From positions 1-64,000 of the IMG/VR virus record IMGVR_UViG_3300023196_003068: 64,000 bases of DNA; one strand, written 5' to 3'. The stretch is from a virus. This document shows, in pieces, positions 42,101-49,800 of the stretch. Each line of letters opens with the position of its first letter. Position 1 is the stretch's first letter. The notes under the pieces were generated by a model that was not told the DNA's origin, searched no databases, and was given only the letters and a program-made list of their open reading frames with translations. A program made the position numbers and the translations under genes.

Positions 42101-43898
42101 CTCGTTTGTTATGCTCCGATATTGTTCTAAAAAGTAAATCTTTTGCTTCTTCGTCGGTTTTTTCTTCTATCTCCGTAGATGCCTCTATAGAGGAAAATGA
42201 TAAATAAGAACCATGGCCTCTAATCTCTCCTTTATCATTGGGAACTTGTGTAATATAACCATTATCACTAATAAACGCTGCTCTATCTTTTTCGACTATT
42301 GTTATTTCATTATCCTTAATAGAACCTACAACCCTAACCTTATCTGTTAATGTTACCCCACGATATAAACCAAAATTAATTTCTGGTTTACGAGCCATCA
42401 TTATTCTATCCCCATCTCTAAATATTTGATTATGAAAGGTTACATTCTCTAATCCATTTACAAGCTCATAATCTTTAGGAAGATCTTGATGATAATCAAA
42501 TGGTACAAGCTTTTGCGTCCACTCAATAAAGGTTTCTTTAAAATTCTCAAAATTAACCGGAGAACCATTCCTGAACACGATTGCCCTAGAATCACCCAGG
42601 ACTACTGATGTAATTCTTATGCCATCATCTTTAATTGTAAAAGGTATCTCGTGTTTTATATTGCTACTCGCTCTAAACTGAATAAAATTAGTAATAAGCC
42701 TTTTCCTTTCAATTAATGGCAAAGGATTACCATCTATTTTTAAATCAGGATTTACTATTAGCTCTGCAATATAATCAAGTTCCTTTTCGGATAACTGATC
42801 TAAAGGTTTATTGTGTATTCTAGCAGGTGCCGATGATCTAGGAACTTTCAGTACTGGAAAATTGGATTTACCTATAGATGCAATAGTCAGCACAGTCTCA
42901 CTAATATTTCTAATACTCCCTATAGGAGTTTGTGTATTGTGATCCCTTGCAACAAACCCGATGCTACTAGCATTCATGTTTAAATGAAAGAATACATTTT
43001 TCTCAGCCAAAAGCTTTCTTGAAGTATTCAACATTGCGATATGATTATCTATCTCTGCATTAACAAGTTTTGATGCATCCTCCGGGCTTAATGGTTCTTC
43101 TTTTCTATTCACAAGTGAATCAATTTTAGATTCAATAGTTACCTTATACTCAGCCTTGCTTACTCTTATAGGAAAAGCAGGAATCTTACCATTAACATCA
43201 GGGTTTCCTTGTTCATCGAACTTAACTATATTGCCATCCTTATCAACTAACACCATCACCGGGCGAGACAAATCATCCTTTGGATACTTATAACTAATAT
43301 CAGAGTTAAGATTAGCTTGTTCAATGGTCATCATTTTAAACCTATACCCCTTGCTATTGTTAGAATTAATTACAGAAGTCTGAACAGCAATTTCAAATAC
43401 CTTTTCCTGGTCTGGTACATTCTTGGAATATTGAAAATCTGCATCCCACTCAGACTCCTGGCTAATAGTCTTAGCAAAAGAACGAGATATTGCGTTATAC
43501 GAAAGAGGAGCCATTGGTGCTACTGTAATGCCGCCAACTCCTAGTGAGCTAACTATACCAGTAATTATGTTCTGAAAGTCCTCTTTAGATGGTTGTTGAG
43601 AAGCCTTATATATCTCAGTTCTTTTTTTGTTTATCTCTCCAACAAGAGTCTTCTCATTAATTGCCGGGTTCTTTAGGATATACTGCGTAAGTATTTCAGG
43701 CAGAATTGTGAAGTGCTGAATAAGAGTTTCTTGATTATCAAGCTTAGTCTCAGATAGATTAAAATCCTTAAGGGCTTTCTGATAAAGTTCTCTTTGAATT
43801 TCATCATACGTCTTCTCGTTGGAAATTATATTCTCCAAATTATTTGTGAAGTAAGTCCCAAAAAGATTAATTGACCTAGAAGTTATACAAACATTCAT
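30105..43898 (-). CDS. virion RNA polymerase (crAss-like, single-chain double-psi beta-barrel) polyprotein with zincin and C-terminal accessory domains
   Basis: 4597 aa; RIPT...FLP...VVPSEIVAKTGSDFDFDKL (catalytic DxDxD at 37044-37058), EADAQGW, KYSLAP; zincin HESWH (41901-41915)...EEYLAEEF. Confidence 0.92.
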   Translation of the reverse strand: MNVCITSRSINLFGTYFTNNLENIISNEKTYDEIQRELYQKALKDFNLSETKLDNQETLIQHFTILPEILTQYILKNPAINEKTLVGEINKKRTEIYKASQQPSKEDFQNIITGIVSSLGVGGITVAPMAPLSYNAISRSFAKTISQESEWDADFQYSKNVPDQEKVFEIAVQTSVINSNNSKGYRFKMMTIEQANLNSDISYKYPKDDLSRPVMVLVDKDGNIVKFDEQGNPDVNGKIPAFPIRVSKAEYKVTIESKIDSLVNRKEEPLSPEDASKLVNAEIDNHIAMLNTSRKLLAEKNVFFHLNMNASSIGFVARDHNTQTPIGSIRNISETVLTIASIGKSNFPVLKVPRSSAPARIHNKPLDQLSEKELDYIAELIVNPDLKIDGNPLPLIERKRLITNFIQFRASSNIKHEIPFTIKDDGIRITSVVLGDSRAIVFRNGSPVNFENFKETFIEWTQKLVPFDYHQDLPKDYELVNGLENVTFHNQIFRDGDRIMMARKPEINFGLYRGVTLTDKVRVVGSIKDNEITIVEKDRAAFISDNGYITQVPNDKGEIRGHGSYLSFSSIEASTEIEEKTDEEAKDLLFRTISEHNKRGKSTKEQDDAADRWWKSEDNPLRKVIRLQIKDKVHEKGPKYVADYIAGLITLYSGSQKTDIYHESWHGLTDSILTKEEVAEIYKEVRGLGGQFTVTVLGKAKTLNFKDATDLEIEEYLAEEFRKYATNRSAFNKKPKSKVAKFFAKLLAQLKKFFGKTTVNEVTTLNKFGPKVNAIFKDLYEGNIDISKFEIPNDPETYYSSFELGKDVDLSFDDVNITMTSMKALMHRFVVTALNTGATPESNLKAIELLTQLSSLDVSDPEFNKNYKEANKLLDGHLGKTSIRNGLGYLRVVQEPSILAAAFKYMENVFKTKRQIYMNGMNVLSIVEAEKVALLDKILDSFGDTEASINTFKDDNNTIIGLFLNNYADFYTFNEEVQNIEELTDDETDARLRHVFDRTGAEFSITESANDLTRHLLSGIPSYKRQGRSDKYKPNRLGLPQPLPFKTILGKLVKIVGNRVDADDIYNALKEAAKFDHEIRQVLKVMGDLQSADIKTVEQVQWGALWQSIAKATNRLTYHSLEKIEDEATESVRWESIVGKPKGNAAIIKGQWRDNFRNQSEINEWSIYATDEADNRQYLETYDLMGVIESFETMVHVPINASGELFHKEKDVNYDYEPFHRKQWLADPFPLLKIIGIELPETIEVRDALEKGYEELGIGKGVLHYIIESIKLRGEFASEKVSRIYDLESLFKSFDYIDPNNEKRTQPDVSGYYEQIVQLAQHLSDEYVNFTEFNANNERMSEKTKHSSMTIQAATLNNAKSYDELIGIPGMEGFNVETNPAIAGNTWFIQMFQLDIEGDKRGERNPAINITHETLSGSKVRYGREEKGIEAISSDENTKFISDMYLTLAARQEIPRSEAKATSATVFAPVKVKGEINPRKGLVVSMNEINHIFSEEYDDLKSPINSLILYNQFQGHLEGELVRIARIKAIKARIEKGETVKFDKGFLERGEDLHMFDLLLSDDVQKRLLERNIDTSFTLDSTLSFSEKKEIEKDLKRYFEKRSEELLKEKGDVKIAENKIEEYRKNDKEEVATTKERMFRAMIINNYINNVNYVTMFVGDLAIYEVAAGNFHKRNAGVISTGDMFRFDQSWYNYINTEKNNVFEMNGFAKKHMKAIGKTFKETTFDGHLNTGIIKESEHDSYFKDQYEKLGGTKKENYEGIEEADAQGWITFDTYRILSMASNNWTTTGEASQESVYQKILKGETLEPADLKVTFPVRKFQYNGNISNEDNNNYGLQMRGFHKYSLAPIIPTAYAGTKLEKLHEKMMEDGVHYVTMETGSKLSTIVTIKGKNSDGSINKNAIEDAKADDVYNKEREITDAPFTINKIHVRWLRDQIRTQSGYKGYTTLPTQWRKLVLLGIMEGGVPTDFNGTAKQWKVIEENWDSLSEKEQENKSPNYKWLTNYEDILHRMEVKLKEDLLFDIGMEEEITWVEGKEKKTYKGDTKKLLIYIQSQLEKEDLLPEEVQFISKQDGSGEMIDDLSISLVAEKIEKILTVMVDKKLRGIEVNGEPLVQVTGAMQESFEGPTAEDIEKFGDILSAGDLKSYYLKDADGNFIKDEREGAWADYKISKMEVKIGLQGKFKHLLKLKHPDGQDITVRVKDAKSGKDIIDSQASLARLNSALRDKEWFAKYEDMLTIAGPRIPTAEENTLEAMVVKQFLPESVGPIVVVPSEIVAKTGSDFDFDKLFTMFPNIVSINGSVEMQVHKKVSESFEKLGKSIDGYSTKINDVYDQIKDAKTRRINELKKVNESIKDIEGIIRAKFPQYAIQMEKLEMQMVETLQYASDVYNSVGNFKNYTRKQQRNVHAYTSSRISEIQQAIDEGIAVFDERLDIALAEIVFTSEETATIEKIKDNYRAEINGLYDKAEDLKVKKGRVLRKLFNKGMGGLENELLKSFKDRITMSNNFEALIRPNKTDLFTEGKTEEKVEGKTKKKKRKTKAQEETDLRSLADQAYALIEKSFNEFNRLDKEAGTDIARSTVLDYRMNLQKQQDNSIGIDALGIAAIATTYYALFTRFGATLNTATEKEKREHAKAIEVLENDKSTKAQIDIANKVIFEFTDYTIKFKHNKANGAISLAMAKNMDGLPISQVLGQLVNGYVDVATNPWIFKIQGNKENTPQLLLMVMAGMSIKDIAYFVSMPMIVKYNKIKAELSGVFSNLSDEFGVSPIVERSKILSKARYAMFDWFKEGDGFKDEREWKASEYKKVSALLDGNLDFSVIKDLLDEGLKAVDGKGAFSFEQFKIFSHYLEIEDLALDLQTFQDLTKFDTQKIRSISEATNRITRTTKFKSKQSAIPNLWFDEIEFSPVGIFDNDQFIIELFSKYFALRNNPIVIEKSFEINSPPGIIPQVTRNKFKNDFTLFLYQNSLFNSESYDGYALEEVQGSSDPLVINEVDKKITFGSKWMDEAQQRVSTILFGADYISSDLSQMFPPGGRNQFVRFSIEFAKLEEETKDMSNEEVQKHLYQFNSYSSGTFTRVALLYKAALYRSDDPVAMFDFRMGRASILRRLMQKHPELRENFSLIQDLRFDYAIDLRKTNIFLSDIKDADMARIYRENLIALKAHRIPAVADFFNKFGNMAIMQTGLNTGAKYALTKIINQYKLWNVIEEGIKAERVIRALKAAEKAKASGTPLESIGYIDLFTAIYDGLLSKENASRIMSRGINYMKDDLGVTIETHVVKSLTYNNVQIVNNFNELPSDSIQVYDHQWFKGNSLDLDFIEELKGEEIYILDRKIDAPEGVIQEELDQMLLTEFGIDNRKSVPYLVDLSLGQTPDNISIATIEGARAKDTSRDEAMANASTVAIGKDVELSGIPRSTTSKYIGIIEAGDYKERLAHSKTKFSSEDVVWVFGNNTFRAKEAHDLKEEGYQKEIEAVFKTHYLPKIKKAMKAGARFNIGLKDSGIEQLASDFLKEKGWVAIPRYAPIGKYMEWTNDKDLSVNNLFDPNKAPVKLDYLGLDYLFNEALSKEINSRSADDLITNESIIEVANDMKQKVKDKFKNHGDKKSDFFDRLANTDGPIEIGVSPYSTMLEKVLMEVRTVYRNTEIAKLKNQKSISVGKDKFSAKIMEVWNKLGGKTIRGKVVIVEGVDETTGHLRIFKNTRNKKVVTAFRVNKKLGFLKSFQQYNAIGNPISADPNKPGRGAQEFIGWLQGTMHTTMEQEYRTALLEAFKKGKLRGLPIEYYKNIGGPSHATVLDYFINDVAPSQSTSVKGVNIFSGSNDPLGAALTNPTHYNPRGKSSKSKGKLIGTYLQLDKGLNYAGNPLGRPYLDVEEAYFDLREEGKGGTTSRNLELITNLIEAKLRQYPFLVDKIIERGGLEFLEKSIHTYDEKDDAQAYQKGEGTWWTSDKGNHFLKTLINAYNKVVADRPEGTNNPKDFTAHSGGALGADKIWDDIAKEFGAIKFNHYYLGKVSKTNAPYGNVDITNTQIETDGKTKVASAAKEMWGYAYKTMSDSRLIRNWAQVANSEAVFAVAPIGKKGDTWSEDAYKPEDKQRKISKSESVQGGTGYAVEMAIQAGKPVYVYNDPNKKADSHLPQGWYTWDGSKFVSIDTPILTNNFAAIGSRGMSANAEEAIRDVYKATFKGKLTTSEDKLSVEVGRYVKDSKGITYIAVKKNTNGTWQVLNLKEEGAKAKKSFSEKNLTPLNSKAIQVAYKGAKYLVTPKENIISLTSNKKMKWGATDGNRKDILDLYKKKLPKTPVRVISDAYGVNVAETNPSIEKEKEFIKLIQPQILAQATKENIGARANLMFQFGLRWTRIELDADPKLEINSYDKRSRDAEVAEMKRKGITKSTGFKYAYHGLDQKGNPLPGLSVLQPIIDEVEQVLGIDMSNYDAVIGNIYLPGDKISTHRDTTESETARNYGVVVYTIGVGNAINIYEDIDKNGNPTGLASWAETGRKTEIPTKSGTIYTFGMDGKGRFEMAHDTPMAPTKGNNLPPITLPDGRVVKDYTITLTFRRASDITEGMPKAPSRTIDITDQQKDKGTALTQEDIDSLPDEIC
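30230..30985 (-). other. AlkB-like 2OG-Fe(II) dioxygenase domain within the vRNAP ORF
   Basis: AVIGNIY..GDKISTHRD (HxD at 30552-30560), YTIG, SGTIYTFG, AHD (distal His), ITLTFRR. Confidence 0.8.
31360..31980 (-). other. circularly permuted SLOG (YpsA-like) domain within the vRNAP ORF
   Basis: HSGGALGAD, RNWAQVANSEAVFAV, GGTGYAVEMA...GKPVYVY, C-terminal NFAAIGSR. Confidence 0.75.
32015..32478 (-). other. NADAR (YbiA-like) domain within the vRNAP ORF
   Basis: LTNP, DVEEAY, AKLRQYPFL, WW...GNHFLKTL match the NADAR LSNF / E..Y / KF.Q...L / W...G.N.LG..L layout. Confidence 0.65.
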
Positions 43899-46800
43899 TA
43901 GTTCTTACAGTTATTAAGTTCTTCTATAATTGACGCGTTCAATTCTTCAGGTGACATTTCCGATACATCTTTTGTAGATTTTGCTAAATTCCCAAATATC
44001 TTACTCAATGGTTCAGCAAGTTCATTAACATCTTCTTCCGCAATAGTTGAGTCAAATTTCGATGGATCATAATCTGTTCCTTCCTCAAGAACTAATTGAG
44101 CGGTTCCAATAAACGATAGGGGGTTCATGGAAACGATACCCCCATCGCTATAGCGTTGCATGGTTATTCGCATATCATTTGATGGTAAAATTCTCATTAT
44201 CCCGTCTTTAGTTTCAACAGCCTTATAATGGAAGTCTGGATTTTGAATTGCTATATGAACTTCATTACTTAGCATGGCTCTTTGTTTATCACTAAAATTA
44301 GGATCATTAATCAGAGAAGTTATAGCTATCAAATCTTTTAATGATGTTGATTCCTGGATATAACTTCGAAGTGATTTTGCATACCTATATATTTCAGTTC
44401 TGCCTACCACCTTTTTTGAGCTCTCATAAACAACATCATCTATTGCTTTAACCCTTTCTTCTGCCTCTGCCACCGCGTTCATCTTCCTATACAACTTCAT
44501 TTCTGCCTCTGTAAGAGTTGAAACATCTCCATGAAATGCCCCATTAGCAATTAGAAACATATTTGTTTTCTCATACAACTCTCGATCCTGGGCTTTACCT
44601 TCAACTTCTCCCAATCCTTCGGGCGAAGTATAGAAATCCATTTTATTAAAAGATAAAATCTCCTTCTCCATTGATGTTACTAAATGATCTTTTAAATTAG
44701 ATACAGTTGCGTAGTCCTTTAGGATGGTGCTTACACTTTTCTTAATGTCGATACCCAAGGCAGTTATCTGTTCCAATTGCTCATCATTAAAGATACTATT
44801 AATAATATCTCCTACGGACTTAAGTTTAGAATTTTTAGCAGTATAACTTCTCGTCTTTTTGCCCGGCACAGCATTCGGATGTATGTCAGTATTTTTAAGA
44901 AAGTTATATACCATATAATCTATTGAAAGATTATTTGAAATGGCCCCAGTTGGATGGCCAAAATGCTCTTCTAGTTTCTCGGTAAGTGTTTGAGAATCCG
45001 TCTTCTTATCTTTAATTGTTGGATCTTTTTTAAATACTCTATAAGATACTTTATCTGTAGCTGTTTTATATCTTTCAATTCTAAAAGGCGATTTGCTTTT
45101 TTTAAGTGACGCATTAATAGATCGCGCTACCTCAGTGGACATTGTTTTTTTATCAAATGTTTCATCTAATAAGTCCCTAATTGCTCCCTTGTCTTCGGTA
45201 TCTATATTTAATCCATCTTTCTTTATGGACTTATTAAGATTATTGATTTGCTTATAAAACTCATATGCATCATTTATGAATTCTTCTTTTGGCTTTAAGG
45301 CAGAGGTTGGCCATTGCTGTAGGAATAACTCCCAATTTGATTTCGGTATCTTAAATCTTACAGGAACTTCTACATCATTGCCTGCATAAACTAACTCTTC
45401 GTCTGAACTCAACAGCTCTAAGTTTGCGTTAAACCTATCTTTTGAACTCTTAGCATCTGCATCTTCTTTCTTTTCTGATTCCTTTTTCTTTTTATGATAT
45501 TCCTTTGCTATGCTTTCTAAAAGAACCGACGGATCATCGCCAATAGTAATGCTATTTAGTATATCTAATCTATTTTGAACTACTTTTTCTGAAAATAATT
45601 CCGTAAACCCTGGGAAAAAATCATTGAGATTTTTAGCTGTAAACTCTGTACCTGGATTAAAGAACTCACGCTCTCTTTCTTTAAGCTCTTGATTTATACG
45701 ATCAAAGGTATCGCTTCCGTATTTATTAAATTTCGGATCCTTTCCTTCATGATGCATCTCAATAAACCATCCATTTTTAGCAAAGCCTAAAAGCGGAACC
45801 CATTCACCCTTTGATTTTTTATTGCCCTCTCCAACAGAACGGTACATTAGAAATCTTTTGCCATTTGCAAATACATCAATAACCAAACGACCATCAATAA
45901 CTGCACGTAACTCTCCATACTCCCAATCAGAACCCGCTTCATCAAGCTCCTTGCCTAAAGCAACATATTTTTTTAAGTATGCCAAACTTTTTGGATCGTT
46001 TCCATCTTCAACATCAACTACCCAATTATCCAAAGCACCTATAGCATTACCAGAAGTTATTACATGAGGTGCCACTTTGTTTTCATCTGCCGAAGGAGGT
46101 GGTGAAGGATTATCTACTTTTTTAACAGGATCATGGGCTTTTTTATTCCACTCACTCATTGCTTTAATATACTTCCCAGTAGACATCTTACTTTCTATGG
46201 CTTTAACATCTTCTTCAGTTAAGCTTTCCACTCTAGCCATAGGACTTAATACAGGGGGCTCTGAATCAAAATCTTTATTTGCCTTAATAGCCTTATCATC
46301 ATCATCTTTTTTAGGCTTCTGTTTATGATTGGGATCTATTTCTTGAAGATGGAATTCTGCAAAAACTTGTTGAAGTTCTTCTGGAAGTTGGTAGAATGAA
46401 GTCTCATTATCAATTATGATATTTCCACTGGAATCTGTATCAACTTTTGTCTGAACTTCAGAGCCTGGTTGAATAGGTATAGAATCATCTACTGCAATAT
46501 CCTCTTCAATCTTAATCCGTCTTTCATTAAGTTCTGCAATTTTTAATTTTGCGTCTTCAATCTTTTTCTTTACGCGATTGCGCTGTCTCCAAGATAAAAT
46601 TCTAGATACATCTTTCGTACTTTTAAGTTCTGCCCTTAATTTTGCAAGTTCTTCTTCTAGAACGGGAAGAGTCTTATTAATAACCTCAAGTTCGTTCTCT
46701 ACAATTGGGGGAGTTTCATCTTTGCTAACTTCCTTTGGATCTTCTTCTTTTGGTTCTTCAACAACTTCTTCTGTAGGACTCTCTTGTGGTTCTACAGGAG

Positions 46801-49800
46801 GTTCAATTGGTTTTTCCTGAGAAACAACTTCATCTATATTCTCATCGGTAAGTGTTAGGAATGCTAAGTCTAATGCTCTATCCAATACGGAGCCATCGAA
46901 ATTTCCCCTGAGCATATCCTCAACTTCTTTTTTAAGAGACTTCCACAGATTCCCACCTTCAACATCTGAAATATCTTCCACGCGAGCCATTACATCTTGT
47001 AATGATTTGTTGTTTAAGCTCTCAGATAAAAATACAGCTACACTACTAAAAATAGGATGCTGGTCAAGCTCTTCTTTAGTCCACTCTTTAGAATCGCGCT
47101 TAAGAAAAGCATGCTTAGTATCTTCCATAAGGTCTTCAACATCAGACTTGAGACTTGGATTAGCCTCTATCTTTTGATTAAAGTAGTTTTGTAGCAACGC
47201 AGAAATTGCAAGATATTCAAACGCTGTCTCACCTCCCTTATAGTCTTCAGCACTAAAGCGAACATCTATTACTATGTCCCCTTTATCGTTCATGTCTATT
47301 GGGGCATCTCCAGAATCAGTAAGAATAACTCTCGTGTCGTTAACCCCTCCCAACTCTATAATCTCAGATAATATTGCCCTCTCAGTCTGGTTTAATTTTT
47401 TGCTTCGCAATAGCTTCTTAACGAAAGTTGAAAGAGTTGTACGCTTATTCTTCCCATTGCTATAATCTTTGATTAGTTCATTGGCATTTCTTTTATCGGA
47501 CTTACCTTTCTTCTTTCCCCTCCATCCTTTACCAGGAGCTGTAATGGTTTTACCTGTAAGTTTTTTATAACGCCTCGATACTATGTTTTGTGCCTCTCTT
47601 AGCCTCTCCCCTGTAAGCTGCTTTTTGGTTTTAATATCAAAGAACTGTGAAGGCATGATGCCTCTCTTAATTAAATCATCAACTTGACTTAAGTTAAATA
47701 TTATACCCTCCTTTAGCAGGTCACTTATAGCATCATCTGAAGCTTTCTTTTCATAAAATAACTTTAGGGAATTCTCAATGATACGCTCCTTCTCTTCTTC
47801 ATGCTCTTCAAGAGATTTTTTTATACGATCTATATGTGTTAATGAAGATACCGGATCTTTCATGGTATTAATAAATCTTTGTAATACCTTTGATTCTCCA
47901 CGAAGATTCATATAATCCCAAACTTCTTGAAACTTCTCTTTATTAACAATCTCCGCTGCTTTAGAGGATTGAGTATCAGTTGTTAAATTATAAAAGTCAT
48001 TAAATGCTTTAAACATTTCATCAAAAACATCTTCGGTAGCTTCTAAGTTATCCGTTAACTTCTCATACTTTTCTAAAGCCTCATCGTACTTTTTTAATGC
48101 TTCTAATTCCCCCTTTTTTTTAATGGATGTACCAACTTGATATTCTTCTGAAGCAGCTATATCAGTTTCTAATGACTTTATGCGCTTCTGGATATCATCT
48201 CTAGAGAGAATATCATTAAGGTCTGTTGTTGAAAATTTTTCATCCGTAACATAATAATACAAAGCATCCATTCTACCTGACAATTCATGCATCCTGTCTT
48301 CAGAAAAAAGCAACTCTCTTTTAAGTTCCTTAGTAGCATTATATAAAAGCTTTTTCTCCATAAACTCAGGATCATCTACCTCTAATGCTTGAATATTTAT
48401 TGGTTCTATAACATCCTTTTCTATACGATCATATGTTTCTTTAAATAACTTTATACGACCTACATACTTATCAACTTTTGTTAGAAATTCTCCTTTGTTT
48501 TCTGTAGTAATATCTGTTCTACCAAAAGCTTGATTTAATTCTTCAGCTGTATAGTTATGCGTATCCTTTAGGAAATCGATGAGCTCCTCTTCCATGCCAG
48601 ACTCCATCAATGTTTCCAAACCTAATCGAAATGCTTCGGCCCTCTCATCCTCATGGCTCTTTCTATCTCCTTCCTCAGCAGAAGTGGCCATTTTTTCTCG
48701 CGCTATAGATTGAGCGAATAAAGGATGATTTGCAAAATCACTCCAGCTACCACTATCGTTAAAGAATTTGGTTAACTCTTTAGCCTTTACTTTAGCAGTT
48801 TCATAACTCCTTTCTCGCGCTTGATGGAATTCTTCATTTGCAGTAAATCTTTTATAACCACCCCCCTTTGTAAAACTATTAACAGCAGAAATTGATGCAC
48901 CAAAAGGAGATGCAAAGGTACCCATAAGCATACCCGAAGCAAATGAATGCCATGAGGCATCCCCTATTGAATCAAAAAACGCATCCCAATATGCTCCCTG
49001 TAAATGAGAACCTCCTCCAGCATATCTTTTACCCGCACCAGAAATAATATCCTGTCCTACCTCCTGAAAACCCTCCATTGAATTACCTAGAGTTTTCTTA
49101 GCGGTTCCTGCCCAAGTTAGCGAGCTAATTTTTTTCTTTAGATAATTGCTAACAACTTTTTTTGGATCTACTGCCTCAATCACACTCCTTCCCCCAACCC
49201 TCTTAGCTGTAAGCTGTAAAGATCGATGCATTCCAAATAGCTTATTAACAGAACGCATGCTTTTAAACATACCATTAAAAGTAACAGCGTTTGTTGCATA
49301 TATTAATCCAAAATTTCCAGAGTAAGTAGCGTCATATGCAACTTGAGCATCGGCATTTATACCATCTAACATGGTATCATCCATTGTTTTCCCAATATTG
49401 GTTGCATTCCATTCTCTAATTTTTTCTTCTCTATACTCATCCCTAGCAAGATTAGCCTCTAATCTGGATTCAGCATGTGACATATAAAACTTACGACCAT
49501 CTCTAGCAAGAGCTCCGGCACCCTCTAAAACCTTTGCTAATCCATTCAGGTCTTTGAATTTATCAGCATTTCTTACATGATCAAAGGTGTTACTTAAAGG
49601 CAATAGGCCTCTAAAATATTTACCTGTAGAACCAACTCCGGAGGCAAGCCTGGCATTTTTAATATTCTTAGTGAAATTAATTGCATCAATCATCCTATCG
49701 AACCCCTTGACAATTTTTTGAGCTCTATGTAAGTAATTCATCCCTCTTGCTCCAACAGCCACGCCTTCGGCAACGGTTAATGGTGCTCCCGCGCCTCCCG

